Of a stretch of 64,000 nucleotides of DNA, positions 39,770 to 54,110 are shown piece after piece. The stretch is from Octopus sinensis (Eukaryota). The stretch covers positions 61,752,001-61,816,000 of the forward strand of contig NC_043008.1 of the NCBI RefSeq assembly GCF_006345805.1, written 5' to 3'. Under the pieces are notes generated by a model, which saw only the letters and a list, made by a program, of their open reading frames with translations, was not told where the DNA came from and ran no database searches. The first letter of the stretch is position 1. Each line of letters starts with the position of its first letter. Position numbers and translations under genes: made by a program.

Positions 39770-41000
39770 TTACCCTTACCGGAAACCAAATCAAACATTG
39801 CAATATATAAACCTTTCATCTAATCATATAAAATTAATTCTCGGTAGTATTATTATGGATATCTCTATTAGATTCTCCAGCCTATCAGCTAACCTGAAGA
39901 TCTTTAATGTACAAGGTCCATTTTATAATATAGCCCTAAAACCAAGCGGCTTTCATGACCATATTTTCTACATTCCTGATACCAAACTCAGACTCAAATT
40001 AGTCAATCTCACATCTGACATTAATATTTTCTCATTAATACGATTTCTGTCCTAAATTATAAATATATAAGAACACCTTTTAACTATACCAAACTTCATA
40101 ACCTCATTTGAGTAACCGTAATAAAGATAGTCTCTCAATATCCGAACACCCTAATTTGATAAACCACTTTAAATATATAAAAAGAGAAATTATTTGGTTC
40201 ACCCTCTCCGCATTTTCTCACAGAGTCAAACATTTATTAAAATTGTTCTATAAGATCCTGATATGAAATTTTCCTAAGCAACACAAATATCACAAATATT
40301 ACTCTATATTTAACAAGTACTCTATAAAGTTATCTTATTCTACCAAACCGAATTTGGGATCTATAATTGCATCTATGTATAGAAATAAACTCCAACTTCA
40401 AAGCTTAGATCATCATAAGGTACACCATGTAAGTTCAAATATAATCAATAAAACAAAAAAAGGGTAAGTCTATCTAAATCTAAGCGGAATCAATCCCAAC
40501 TGAACAACCTTAATAAATCTGCGTAAAATTAAAGATAGGAATGCAAAACCATTTTATAATTATAGGGTCCTCGATTTATGTCCGCACGCAGAATTCTAAT
40601 TTATAAATGCAGTATGACAAATGACAAACATCAAATATGAGTATACGTAGGAAGCACTATAGATTTTAAGAGCCGATATAGAACCCATTTAAATTCTTTC
40701 AGTAAGCTAAACTATAAAAACTCAATGGCACTAGCTTGATACATACATGATTTAAAATTGTGACATCAATTACACATTATCTTGGTCTATTATAGATGAC
40801 GCTTCCCCTTACAACACGATTTTGGGTCGTTGCAGAATGTGCGTAAAAGAATCATATACTATCCTACACCTGTATAACCCTATCGTATTATCGTTATTCA
40901 TTCGTGTAACCACAGATATTAGTCAACATCCATGATACTTTTTAAATCTGAACGTACTCAACAATAGACTTACTAAGTTACGCAGCACAAGTTAACACGA
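39770..41000 (+). pseudogene. Decayed Penelope-like retroelement 3' part (RT thumb/linker plus GIY-YIG)
   Basis: YRKPNQTLQYINLSSNH..ISIRFSSLSAN..FYNIALKPSGF; KREIIWF (~40180); in-frame LIYKCSMT..*VYVGSTIDFKSRYRTHLNSF (~40597-40700); CRMCVKE (~40831). Confidence 0.85.
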
Positions 41001-41189
41001 TTTTGCCTATAACACGATATGGCCAACATAAATTTTAATAAAGACACTAAGTAATGCAATTTTTACACCCATCAGCCTTCATATTGTCTTCCATGATTTG
41101 CAGAGATGTATTTGTCCTTCTATAAAAGCTTCCAGTTACCTCATTCATTAGCAATGAACTGAATGCATTGTTACTGTAAACATCCCTTT

Positions 41190-41277
41190 TTCCCTAATGA
41201 AGGATTCATTCTCTGAAAATGAATTATGAGATTCATTTATTAGTCGGAGGATTGAACCCTTCAAACGGCCGTAGGAA
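41190..41277 (+). ncRNA. Degenerate type I hammerhead just downstream of the Penelope-like relic
   Basis: TTCC CTAATGA AGGattca..tgaacCCTt CAAA CGGCCG TA / GGAA: palindromic stem III ACGGCCGT, GUA site, 4-bp stem I; G5 and G12 are mutated. Confidence 0.6.
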
Positions 41278-41388
41278 TATTTTCTTTATATAACCTAAAA
41301 TTTAGGTTATATATTTTCAATATATAACCTAAACTTTTCTCTTCACATTGATATTATATTATTACTATGTGTATACATTTATATATAT

Positions 41389-41444
<56 letters not shown>

Positions 41445-42460
41445 CCATATATATTTTAATCACTGGTATATTTTTATATGTATTTTAAATATATCAATGC
41501 ATGTTTTTTGGACAATTTTTGTCTTCACTAAATCTGTATACATACGTGTTCTTTCTGGTTTATCTGATTTGAACTTTCTCTATCTCAATTTTTATAATCG
41601 TGTAACGTCTCAGGCTTGACTTGAGCACTTCTATTCAGTCAGAATTTTTCAAAAGAAATATATAACTATATATATATGTGTGTGTGTGTGAATGCATGCA
41701 TGTATGTATTTATGTGTGTGTGTGTTTGTGTTTTCCCACACCATAGCTTGACAACCGACACCAGTTAATATGAAGGGTATATTGATTTAGAAATCGATAT
41801 ATAATAAATAAAAGACGATAAATAAGATGCCAGCGACAAGAACGGTGTCAGTGGCCGCGATGACAATGACCGTGGTGAAAATGAGCGTAGCTGATATGAG
41901 TAGCTGTGGGAGATGGCGGTGAGCATTATCTATTATAATAAATATGGATACACAGATTCTGACGCAAAATACTATTTAAGTCATCCATTTTATTTCCCTA
42001 TTTTAATATATTTTATTTATTCAGGTTAATGGTAACTGTTCCACTCACCTCACTCTTTCTTGATGGTAATCATTTATGTTTTTTTACAACCAAAACGTCA
42101 GAGCGGACATTAAAATGAAATGGATTGGAAAATATAGATAATAAAAAGAAACATTAATAAATAGAATAAAATAATAAATAAATTTTGAACAATCACACGA
42201 ACAATTTCATGCATGATTTCATTCAGATTTTTTCAATTTTTCAGGAAAAAAATATTATGTATATTTTATTATATTTTTGAAAATAAAAATGAACTGGATT
42301 TCAAAAGATACAAAAGTTTACGGCTGCTTGCGTAGCTGAGCGTCATTATGGATGTATTGAGCAATGTGAAGCAATGTCCAAACATGACTTCGAGATTGGA
42401 AATATAATTGAAAAATATAAAAATTTAAAATGCCTTTTAGTAGTTTATAAAATCATAAAC

Positions 42461-42862
42461 TGGCATGGCGTGTTTAAGCAGTTTGTGGGTTCAGTCTTAC
42501 TACGAGATACCTTTGGAAAATATCTTCTACTATAGCCTGGGGTAGACTAATGCTTTGTGAGTGGACTTGGTAGAACGAAATTGAAAGAGGCACGTCATAT
42601 AGACGTGCGTGTGTTCGTGTGTATGTGTGTGTGTCTGCTTGTCTGTGTGTGCCTCTGTGTTTGTGTATGTGCATGTAAGTTTGTTTCCCACTACTGATTG
42701 ATAACTATTTACGGCCCCATAAGTTAACATTTCGGCAAATGAGAACGATAAAATAACTATCAGGTTTAAAAAGGAAGCAAGCACTGTGGTAGACTAGTTG
42801 GACTAAAATGCCTTAATGTGGTAACCTAGCGTGGCCGCAGACTAATGAATGAAACAAGAAAA
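42461..42862 (+). mobile_element. SINE family B (old, diverged)
   Basis: Degenerate head, cttctactatagcctggggtagactaatgctttgtgagtgga, microsatellite and gactaatgaatgaaacaag tail. Confidence 0.7.
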
Positions 42863-45279
42863 GATAAATGATTAAAGATAAAAATAAATAGACGGCAAGA
42901 AAATAATTGAAATTAGAAAAAAATCTCAAAAAGATATATTGTATAAAAAAAGTTGTACAAAATAAAAATGAAATAAGAACAAATAGAATCAAAAGATATA
43001 TAGAAAATAATTATAAGTAACCGCGTATAGAATAATAAATCATACTCTCAAACATTTGACTGAAATAGAATTATAAATGTGTAAAACTATTTAAGTATAG
43101 GGGATTATTAATTAATCATGGATTTGAAATTTCGTTGTAAAGTCATGAAATATTGAGAAAATAATATGAGAAAGACATAGAGAAAGCGTGCGAAACAGTA
43201 TAGTTACATACAAAAGTCTATAAGAATTGTGGTCTGATGGATTCTGTTGCACCCAGATAATTCGAAATTGCAGTGAAATTTTATTCTGAAACTCTGGCAT
43301 GATGTGATGAATGCAAACACATTGGATAAGTAAATCCAGTGGACATTGGAACAGAAAATAGGAGTAGATGTGGTGCTTTTATTTAGGCCAGATTGCTAGT
43401 GAAACTGCAATCTATTCCAGTATCAGAATAAAATACAACACGGAAAATATATGAAACAAAGAAAGCAATTTAGATAATCATCGACTTTATTGATTTGTCG
43501 ATAAGCAAGAGCTATCAATTAAGCTATGTTTATGTTTGTGTGTTTATGATATGATGTGAAAGTATACAGGGATGTAAATGGGAAGTCTATGAGAATAGTG
43601 CTGTGATGTGGGTACAAGTATGTATGTGTTTATAGTTGAAAATGAATTGGGTCTTCAAAGCATTTGCACTTTAATGACCGACACATCTCTAGTTATATGG
43701 TTTTTTAATTGAAAAAAATTCGAATAATTACAGATATAAATTTGTAAAAAGATAGAGAGAAAGAGAGACAAGTATCCATCGTTATAAGCATACGCAGAAT
43801 GTTGCTTATTCATTTAGACATACAGTTTGCAAATACTATATGACAACACACAAACATCTCCAATACATATACATATATATATATAAGCATAGATATATTT
43901 ATGCGTATATATTATTTATATTTATGTATATATACATACACAACATATACACAAAAATCACCTAACATATGCGAGTGTATAATAGAGCGAAGGGTGTGAT
44001 GTTCATGAACGTTAGATCAGTCGTTCCAATCTCGGATTTCTGAGACAGTGTGTCCGTGAGTAAAGGTCAATATATTTTCTTGCTTCAGACTCAAGTGAAA
44101 ATGCGCATAAGTTCTCGTGGAAGGGAGGTCCAATCTGCAAAGGACTGGTGTTAGTTCCAAAGAGGAGGAGAGGAACTAACACCAGTCCTCAGGAAACTCA
44201 GACACTAAATTACAAGACAAACTGAGAAAATTCAACATTGATGGATCTTTAAAAACGACACACATTTGTATATAAGAGTTTTTCTATTTATCTTTCTACC
44301 TATCTATCATTATATCTAAATCACTTTACATTCACACACACACAAACATATATGTGTGTGCGTGTTTGTGTGTATATATAAATGAATAAGAGAAGTGGAT
44401 AAGGAGGTGTTTACTCCATTTGGTGACAGCTGTTTCGTAAACTTTTTCGGGTTATATCAGCAACGCTATATCACCCAACACGCATAGAAATAAAAGTATG
44501 TACAGAAATATACGTAAGTACATATAAATATATTGATGAAAATTAGCAGCATATACAGGAGGAATCGGAACGAATCAGCTTCAATAAAACATAAGAATTC
44601 TGATTTCTAATTAAACACGTAACTTTCCATAGAGCTACTTGACACATTCACGAGATTAAAACAACCCAAAATTCGTGTGTGTCTTTCACCATTTGTACTA
44701 TTATTCCGAATGTCACATCACATATCTACAGGATTTGGATGTGACCCAGTGGTACGATTATCACATGACTTTAATATGCAATACCGGATAATTTACCAAT
44801 AAAATCCATTACCTCATCAAGTAACTATCATGAACCAATAAATCTGTATTTCAAGTGATAGCAACTGGAACCATATTCCCTTTATAATAATGAACGAGTT
44901 TTAGAACAACGATCAGAAACGACGCAGAAACGATCCATGTTTCTGAAATCTCACACTTTTCTCAAAATAACATAAGTGTGAAATCGGTTAAGTGCATTAA
45001 TATCAATTTAAACAAATTTCCTTATCTACTCAATCTGTGTCTATAGCTTCTATTTCATTTTATTCTGTTTGTATGGACAAGTAAATATTTTAATTTTCTG
45101 TCTCTTTCTCTCTCATTGTATGTACACAGTCGCGCGCAAGCGCCCACACACATCGAAAGTATGGAATATGAATACACCCGGGATTAAATTGAGTTATATG
45201 CATTTAAATAAACAATCACATTTCAGTGTAATCATTTTCCTATTACGGGTTCATATTATTATCAGAAATGTACAAGATG

Positions 45280-45315
<36 letters not shown>

Positions 45316-45379
45316 GTGTGTGTGTGTGTGCGTGCGTGTGTGTGTGCGTATGTATATATATATACATACATATATATAG

Positions 45380-45415
<36 letters not shown>

Positions 45416-45421
45416 GTATAG

Positions 45422-45463
<42 letters not shown>

Positions 45464-45468
45464 ATATA

Positions 45469-45499
<31 letters not shown>

Positions 45500-46019
45500 C
45501 AAATATATATATATATATATATATTCACACAAACAATCTTTCTACGATTGTATATGCGCACATGATGACTACATCAGGCAGACGAAAAGCGAGTCATTTG
45601 AATATCTGAATAACTGGTCTTTGCATATATGAATTTGTCCTGATTGCAAGTATTTATCAGAATATAATCTATAACATCTGCATCTCACCAAAATTGAAAT
45701 ATCACCTCTCTATATATAAATTATATAATCTTGAATGTGCACTACATTTAGACACAATAATTAAATGCAGAAGCGACATTTAATAATATGAGTGATGGAA
45801 ATAACTGCTTCATAGATATGAAAACATATTTCATGTAATAAACCTCGGCATTGAATATTCTGATATATAATACATTGATATTCTCTGTGTATACGGTATG
45901 AATATATAAAGGGACATTTGCGTAGTAAACTACGACAAGGTGCGTTTTTATAAAACATACAAAGATTAATCTTTTCTCTCACAGAAACTTGTAGAATTAC
46001 ATTACATATAAATATCTAC

Positions 46020-46071
<52 letters not shown>

Positions 46072-46169
46072 ATATCTATCTATCTATCTATCTCTCTCTA
46101 TATATATATATATATATATGCGCCGTGAACAGGAATTAATCTTCTCTCTTCGCTCTTATACGCCATTTG

Positions 46170-46490
46170 GTCTCAACCCTCCCCCCCTCCTCATCTAACC
46201 TCACCCCCCTCCTCACCTATCCTTTCTCCCCCCGACCCCTACTTCTTCAGTCCTTCATCCTTTCACCCCTACTCCCCTTCCCTTCTTCCCTCTTTCTCCC
46301 TCCCTCTTCCCCTTCCCTCTGCTCTCTCACTCCCTCTCTCTCCCCTTCTCTCTCCCCCCTCCCACTTTCCTCCTTCATCCCCCTCATCCCCCTCCTTCTC
46401 CCCCATCCGCTCCTCCCCCCTTCTCCTCCCCCTCTTCTTCCCCTCCCCTTCTCTCCCCCTCTTCTCCCCCTCCCCCTCTTCTCCTCACTA
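46170..46490. repeat. C/T-rich polypyrimidine low-complexity tract (G/A-rich on the minus strand)
   Basis: Directly visible; source of the PS-rich and GR-rich pseudo-ORFs. Confidence 0.9.
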
Positions 46491-47037
46491 CACCACATGA
46501 CTTTACACATCACATCACATATGATGTGCCATACTAATACACACACCAACTAATACATACTAATACGTACTAATACATACTAGTACATACTAATACTTAC
46601 ACCAACCCTATACATACACACGTCCAGACCCCGCATACGCACTTATACTCTCTCACACACACACACACACACCTATACATACCAATACGTACTAATACAT
46701 ACTAATACATACTAATACATACACCAACCCCATACATACGCACGTCCAGACCAATCTTACGCACTAATACTCTCTCATACACACACACACACACACACAC
46801 ACCCTTATACATACTAATACATACACCAACCCTATACATACACACATCCAGACCCCTCCCACGCACTTTTAGCTGGTCCCTCAACCCTTTTATCAACCCT
46901 ATTATCTCCCCTTATTTCGCTCTCGCGTCTCATGTTGATCTTTGACCTCTGGCCAAAATCAGATCGCCATGTTGATTCGTTAGCTACTGCACGCATTTTT
47001 TTCTCTCCTTCTTTCTGTGTTTTTCTCTCTCTGTGTA

Positions 47038-47075
47038 TCTTTCTGTTGAAGAGCGTAGGCTCGAAACGTTAAAGA
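47038..47075 (+). ncRNA. Minimal type I hammerhead-like motif with variant core
   Basis: TCTTT CTGTTGA a GAGC gtag GCTC GAAA CG TT / AAAGA: all three stems present, A6 is U, one extra A after A9, stem III only the ACGT palindrome. Confidence 0.55.
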
Positions 47076-47171
47076 CTTGTTTTATTTATATTTCCTGAGC
47101 GCCATACTAATACAATTGTTCGTTGTTTTCCACCTGCCTTCGTCTTTTGTTTATTTTCATAAAGCTTCCCG

Positions 47172-47245
<74 letters not shown>

Positions 47246-47784
47246 ATTCATATGCATACACACATACATATATACATATATACGTATAAATAAATAGACA
47301 GCGGTTATCTTCCCAGTCAGTATATGAAAATGTGTTTCCTTGCGGCTCTAAGGGGATTTTTAATTCTAATTACTAGCAATACAGGTACTATTATAAAGGA
47401 CAATTAAATTTTTCCTTTTTTAGTTTTATAATGCGTAATGTTGCCTTCGTTATTTTTTTAATTTTTACATTAGCATTTTGTTAATCATCCATAGATTCAT
47501 ATGTTAAATATATATACTGACAGTCAGGCTTTAGCAAAACCATACAGCGATGAACTAGTAATTTTCAGACAATTATGGCGACCTCATTCTTTGTAGCGCG
47601 GTTATTTCTTCTGTTAGTATATGAAAATATATTTTATTGCGGCTCTGAAAGTTTTGTAACTCTTATTTCTAGCAATATAAGTGCTACCCTACCCCTTCAG
47701 TCACGCTTTTCGTTCGAATTTTTCCTTTTCGTTTTTTTTTCCTTATTGCTTATAATTGCCTTCATTAACTTATATATATATATA

Positions 47785-48159
47785 TCTCTCTATATATAAA
47801 CGGCAGTTTGTCTGTGTGTGTTTCTGTGTGTCTGTCAGGTTGTACCCTCACCCTGACCACGGCTTTCAACCGATTCTGATGAAACTTGACACACACATAG
47901 CCCAATGTCATAATTCAAAACTAACGCAGCGAAAATTTTGAAAAGTTCCCCCAGTTCTGAAAGAAATCGATAAATTCGACATGGGGTCGAGAATTAGAAA
48001 CACAAACCACAGACTGTCTAGGGGACGCAACTCGACCTTTTTAACTCTCAAAAAGAAATTTACCATCATTTTTTTTTCCATTTTTTGGCTATAACTCTCT
48101 AAAAATGCTTTATAGTTATTTCCCTTACAAACCCGAGCAACGCCGGGCGATACTGCTAG
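47785..48159 (+). mobile_element. Non-autonomous Helitron
   Basis: 5' TC start in atatctctctatatataaa; 3' hairpin cccg-agcaacgc-cggg (48132-48147) followed by CTAG at 48156-48159; inserted between A and T; no TSD. Confidence 0.8.
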
Positions 48160-49694
48160 TATATATATAAACATACATATGAATGCATGTAACCATGTGT
48201 GTGTGTCTGAGTATGTTTGTATTGAAGGATGGAAATAAAAAGAAAGATACATAAGCTTTAAGTAATATTGTACTATTTTAAGACGTAAAATGAAAGGGAG
48301 ATATAACGAGGTTTTCGGACACAGGCATTCATTAGAAAAAAAATTCAAAGGAGGACAGTAAAATTGGAAAGTTGAGTCCAAGGGCTTAGGAGCTACGTAG
48401 AATTGCTGTTCTATGGTGAAGAATATATGTGTAAGTATGTATATATGAATGTATATACTCCTCGGGAATGCATCATGCAATTTATCAGTGTGTTTTTATT
48501 AAATATCCTCTTCTTTCTACTGTGGTTATGATATTAACCGTGAACCTATACGTCTGTAGCAGAATCTATTACCTACCATTTTTGTGTTCAAAAACTCGAG
48601 TAGAAGTGCTTAATGATACACCTGATAGCATGCTGTGTCGTTAAAATCGTTAGAATATTGGTTAAAAGTTAAGTAACGTGAAGGAAGAGAATCAAATTGA
48701 AATAAAACAACACAATACTACATTTCAATGAAACATGGGCGAGACAACTCAGGCAAGAAAACCTAATGAAGAAAATTTAAAACAACAATGATAGGTTATT
48801 GATATATTCATAGACGTCACCAACGGCGTATGTGATCTGAGTTAAGCATAAGAAACATTAAAACCTTTAGTATTCAGATTGCTCTATAAAATGTACGCCT
48901 GTGTATTCACATTGGTTTGAATCAATGACGCATTATTTTGTAACACTGAGATTTCGAAGAGGTGATTGTTTATTTTAGCATCTCATTGTACAGTAGGCGA
49001 GAAATGCCAGATCTAACTGATTTGAACACAAAACAGGTAGAATATATGGGCTGGATGTGATTTTCTTATGTGCTAAAGGATTAAAGAATCAAATATCAAA
49101 AACAATGTGTAAGCATGCATTTATCGGCAGTTATTAGCGTTTGGAAAACGGTAGGCCGAATAAATTTATATACAGACTCCAAACATGAGGTTTGGATTCT
49201 TTCCTCAACGGTCTTCTGTGCAATGGAGATTTAACAAAATAGGATATGGCAGTTTTCTCTTAAGAAGTATTGCAAGACCTACAGCTCCACAAGATTTAGT
49301 TTGAGAAACTATTCCATTAAAGATGGTTTAGTGTTGCATTTTCTATTACAGTCTAGATGTAGGAAGCAGCAAAGTTCTTTTTACTCTTCTTAATGTTTGT
49401 AAAGTAATGGGCGAGCGACTAAAACTTTGGTTTAAATGTGTTTGAGATCATGACGTCGTTGGATTTAGAAATTAAGTTAATGATAACTAAACATCCAATG
49501 CACGATAATCTAAACATGGAAGATACATAGTAGAAGATTTAAATACGAGCATATACACAATATTTGTAGGTATATAAGTAGTTATATAGTTACATACGTA
49601 TACATATGAATACATACATATATACATATGTATATATATACACACACGCACAAACACACACACACATATACATACATATATATATATATATATA

Positions 49695-49747
<53 letters not shown>

Positions 49748-49855
49748 CCTAACAGAGCAAAATGATAGAAACGTGATACACTATATTAATCTAGCGGCTC
49801 ATAAACACACTCTGACCATCAAACGCGCACAGAGATGTATGTATGCGTGTATGTA

Positions 49856-49979
<124 letters not shown>

Positions 49980-49985
49980 ATATAT

Positions 49986-50016
<31 letters not shown>

Positions 50017-50025
50017 CTATATATA

Positions 50026-50075
<50 letters not shown>

Positions 50076-50871
50076 ATATATATATATATATAATATATAT
50101 ATATAAATATATATATACTTACTTGCAAACACATAGATAAACTTACATTAAGTAGGGCGCAATATTAATCTGCCATAGGAAATACTTAAGTAAAATCCAG
50201 CGAAAATGTCACTAGCAATTTACGTCAGAGTGAAGAAGAATGCACCTAAGGTTTCGAAAACGATTGTGCATTGTTTTATTCTATGTCACGATAATACACA
50301 CACAGAAACACATACGCACACACGCACAGAGGCAGACACAGATAGGCACATACACACACACACACACATATGTATATATGTATGTATGTGTGTGGAAGTG
50401 TGTGTGTGTATCGTAATGTGAATAGTGCCGAGACGAGGAAATAGCTTTGCAATTAACATTCTGCCCTTTTACAATGGACGGCGTTTAACAATCAACGTCG
50501 GAGACAATTACGACAACCGTGATTAGCAAATGCTTAACAATTGCAAATAACTCGTTTCTATGATTTAATATTACTTTGATGACAAGCTAATGGCATTTCA
50601 GTACCACTTACCTTCCTCTTAACTAAAGGATTCCTCTCTCTCTCTCTCTCTCTTTTCCTTTCTCAAATCTCATCGCTTTTCTTCGCTTCTTTTCTTTCAC
50701 CCTAAGAAAGTAGTCATCATTTACTTCATCATTCAATACCTACACTTCATATTCGGCATCTTGCGAGGCGTTTTTTCGTTCCCATCTACTTTATCTTTGT
50801 TAAAGCTTTCTTCTTACTGTCCTTTTTTCTTTCTTCTTTTTCTACTACTTCTATTGCTACTTCTACTACTG

Positions 50872-50951
<80 letters not shown>

Positions 50952-52184
50952 ACTACCACTACTGCTGCTGCTGCTACTACTACTACTACTAATACTACTA
51001 CCACTCTGTTGTCTTGCATTTATTTGCCATATTCTTCTCTCAACTTTATACGCTTCTTACACATCAGTCCTCTGTATTTCCAGCTTTTGTCTCCTTTGCC
51101 GCCTCCGTCCGGCCTCTGTTTAAGGAAAACATTAACATAGTTAATTTCCGGTGCATTTCCATGAAAACCCCAATATTGGTTTCAGTATCTGTTGATATCC
51201 TCTGAAATCCTAACAAATTCCCATCCACGAGTACCATTTACCACCACTCGGCCTTCTGACCCACTCTCATATTTCCTGTTTTGATAAACTGAGCGTTTAA
51301 TTCAAAATTGTACCAATCACTGGCTAACTGCTAGTGTCTTTTAAGTGTTTGGGTAAAGTGTTTTATTGTAATCTGTTAGCTTTCTGCGTTTTGCTTTCAA
51401 TTCTCACCGGTGACAGCTTTTTCCCTTAAACATTTTTGGGTAATGATAAAAAGTCTACCAAGCACTGGGTATAATTCTTTTTCCCATTATAAATCTCTCC
51501 CCTTATCTTTTTCCTTCTGTCTGTACGTCTATGTTTTCTACAGCTATCAAATGCGCTCAGAAGTAGAAAGCTTGCGACGTACCTTACGGTACATATTTCT
51601 ATGGTCGAGCAGGTCCTATTTGGTCACGAGATAAACTACCCAGCTCCAAACAGAAGCCCGGCATTTTAAAATCAGAGCTGAAAATAACTGCCGTCAGGCT
51701 AGCGCACATCTACATCTCTTGGAAGCTTCAGAATGATGTCCATTGATCAACTTTGCACCTTAGCATTAATTGTCAAAGCATGGAAAAAGTACACTCATCG
51801 GTTAGGGATTTTCAACGCTTCGAAGATTCCATACTTCCTAAAGTTGGCAGGTTTTACCCTTTCCTCTCTTTGGCTCTTCTCTGTTCGCTTTGGTATCATT
51901 TTTGTTTCATTCGTTTATAATATAAAATTTTGCATTTCTGAACTTTAAACGAGTCTGAACTTTAAATAGGCATGTGTTTTGTAAAAAATGTCTTACATCT
52001 ATCATTATCCCGTTGGATAATTAAAGTCAAGCTACACCAACATTTAGTCTGTTTCATTGCTAAATAGTACAAAATATACTACTCTTACAATCCCAAATTA
52101 TTTCATGCCCCTGAAATTAAATGCACCTCTCTCACTCCATATTTCCTAGTAAAATTGGAAAATTTACACAATATTCATCTCAGA

Positions 52185-52565
52185 ACTTTCAGTGCTTGTA
52201 GAATCGTTAGCACGATGAATGAAATGTTTAGCAGCATTTCGTCAGTCTGCAGGTTCTGAGTTCAAATTCCAACAAAGCCGACTTTCTCTTTCATGACTTC
52301 GGGGTTAATAAAACAAGAACCAGTCGAACACTAGTGATGATGTAATCGAATAGCCCCAAATCCTGAAATTTGAAACCAATAATCATAAGCTGTAAGGCGG
52401 TGAGCAGACAAAATCACTAACACGATCTGAGTTCGAATTCTGGTGAGGTCGATTTCCCCTTCATCGTTTCGGGGTAGATAAAGTAAGTATCAGTTGAGTA
52501 CTAGGGTCGATGTAATCGACTTACTCCCTCCTCCCTAAATGCAGGCTCTGTGCTAAAATTTGAAA
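52185..52565 (+). mobile_element. Two tandem diverged CORE-type SINEs
   Basis: Two heads (tagaatcgttagcacg..gttcaaattcc and aaggcggtgagcagac..gttcgaattc), each followed by a CORE-like segment. Confidence 0.7.
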
Positions 52566-54026
52566 TGAGTATTTTAAACTGTGAAATTTCAGATATTATT
52601 CGTACATGAAACATTAATAATTAGCTCGGAGTGAGCATTACGAATACAAATTAATCTTCAATAACTAATAGTTGTCCAGTAAATCCAGTATGGCCAGACG
52701 TTAGAATAATTTAGTATCCTATGTGAAAGATGACAGTGCCGATGTTTAATAAAATGTGTTTTCCTTCGCACTTGCCCTAGAGACAATTGGAGGTAAAAGT
52801 AACAAGTGTTTATGGTAAGTGTGGATGTCCGTGTAAGTATTTTAACGCGTTTTTCTAAAATTAAATTTATTTTTGGTTGCGTTGTTTTGTTCTATACGTC
52901 GGTAAACAGGCCTCTATTTGAACGCTTCCAATAAACACATCAGCTTTACTATAAAGAATATTCACAAAATCCTCCTTCGGCACGCTTCCATTTCGTGCAA
53001 GAGAACACAAGCGGTTCCCAAAGGCTGTTTTATATAGAAAACAGAGGTTAGACGCACTGTTCTTACTTCATGACGTCTTTACAAATAGACATCTACCCCA
53101 ATACGAGGAAAGATAACTGTGAAGAGAGTCAAAACTGTTGAAAAGGTTGCAAGACGCAACAAAAATTTTTAGGAAAATAAAAATAAGAAATAAGTGGAAA
53201 TTTTACCGGTGAGTGTGTTAAATTATAAGGCACAAAAAGAAAACGACTCTCCCCAGACACAACAGAATATGCTTCAACACACGAAATCACATAAAGAATC
53301 TTGCAGATCAAATCCAAAAGCGAAGTATATACGTGTAGAGTTAGGATTGGAACTATGATCGGGGAAATATTTCAACATATTGTATCCTACGAACTCGCAT
53401 ATCTGTAGATTCCCCGACAATACTCTATAGGTAGTAATAAATGCTAATAGATGTGTACATATGAACAACGCCCTGAAAATTATTTTCAGAGATACTGGGA
53501 CGAAATAAATATAATGGGATGGATTATTTCCAATTTATAGGTTTATTTGCTTTGATATTAATATTTAGACAGTAATAGCTGATATATAAATATTTTAACT
53601 GAGGTCCTGGATAAATTCCATTTGTTTATATTATGAGAATGATCTTGTAATATAAATCGAATATTTAATGGACTTTCAAGTAATAGAATGTTTATGATAT
53701 TGTGTTTATAATAGGTGAGCAGAAGAGGGAAAGAGTAGAAGCAAATAAAATATATTTACATTTCTGTGTATATTTATGCATATATATATGCATATATGTG
53801 TGTGTATATGTGTGCGTATGTATATATGGATGTACGTGTATGTGTATTTCGTTTTCCTTTTTTCAGCTCAGAGCTACAGCCATATATATATATGCATGTG
53901 TGTATGAGCGCGAGTGTTTGCATGTATGTATGTAAAAATGTATGTATGTATTATGTATGTATGTATGTATGTATGTATGTATGTATGTATGTATGTATGT
54001 ATGTATATATATATATATATATATAC

Positions 54027-54110
<84 letters not shown>

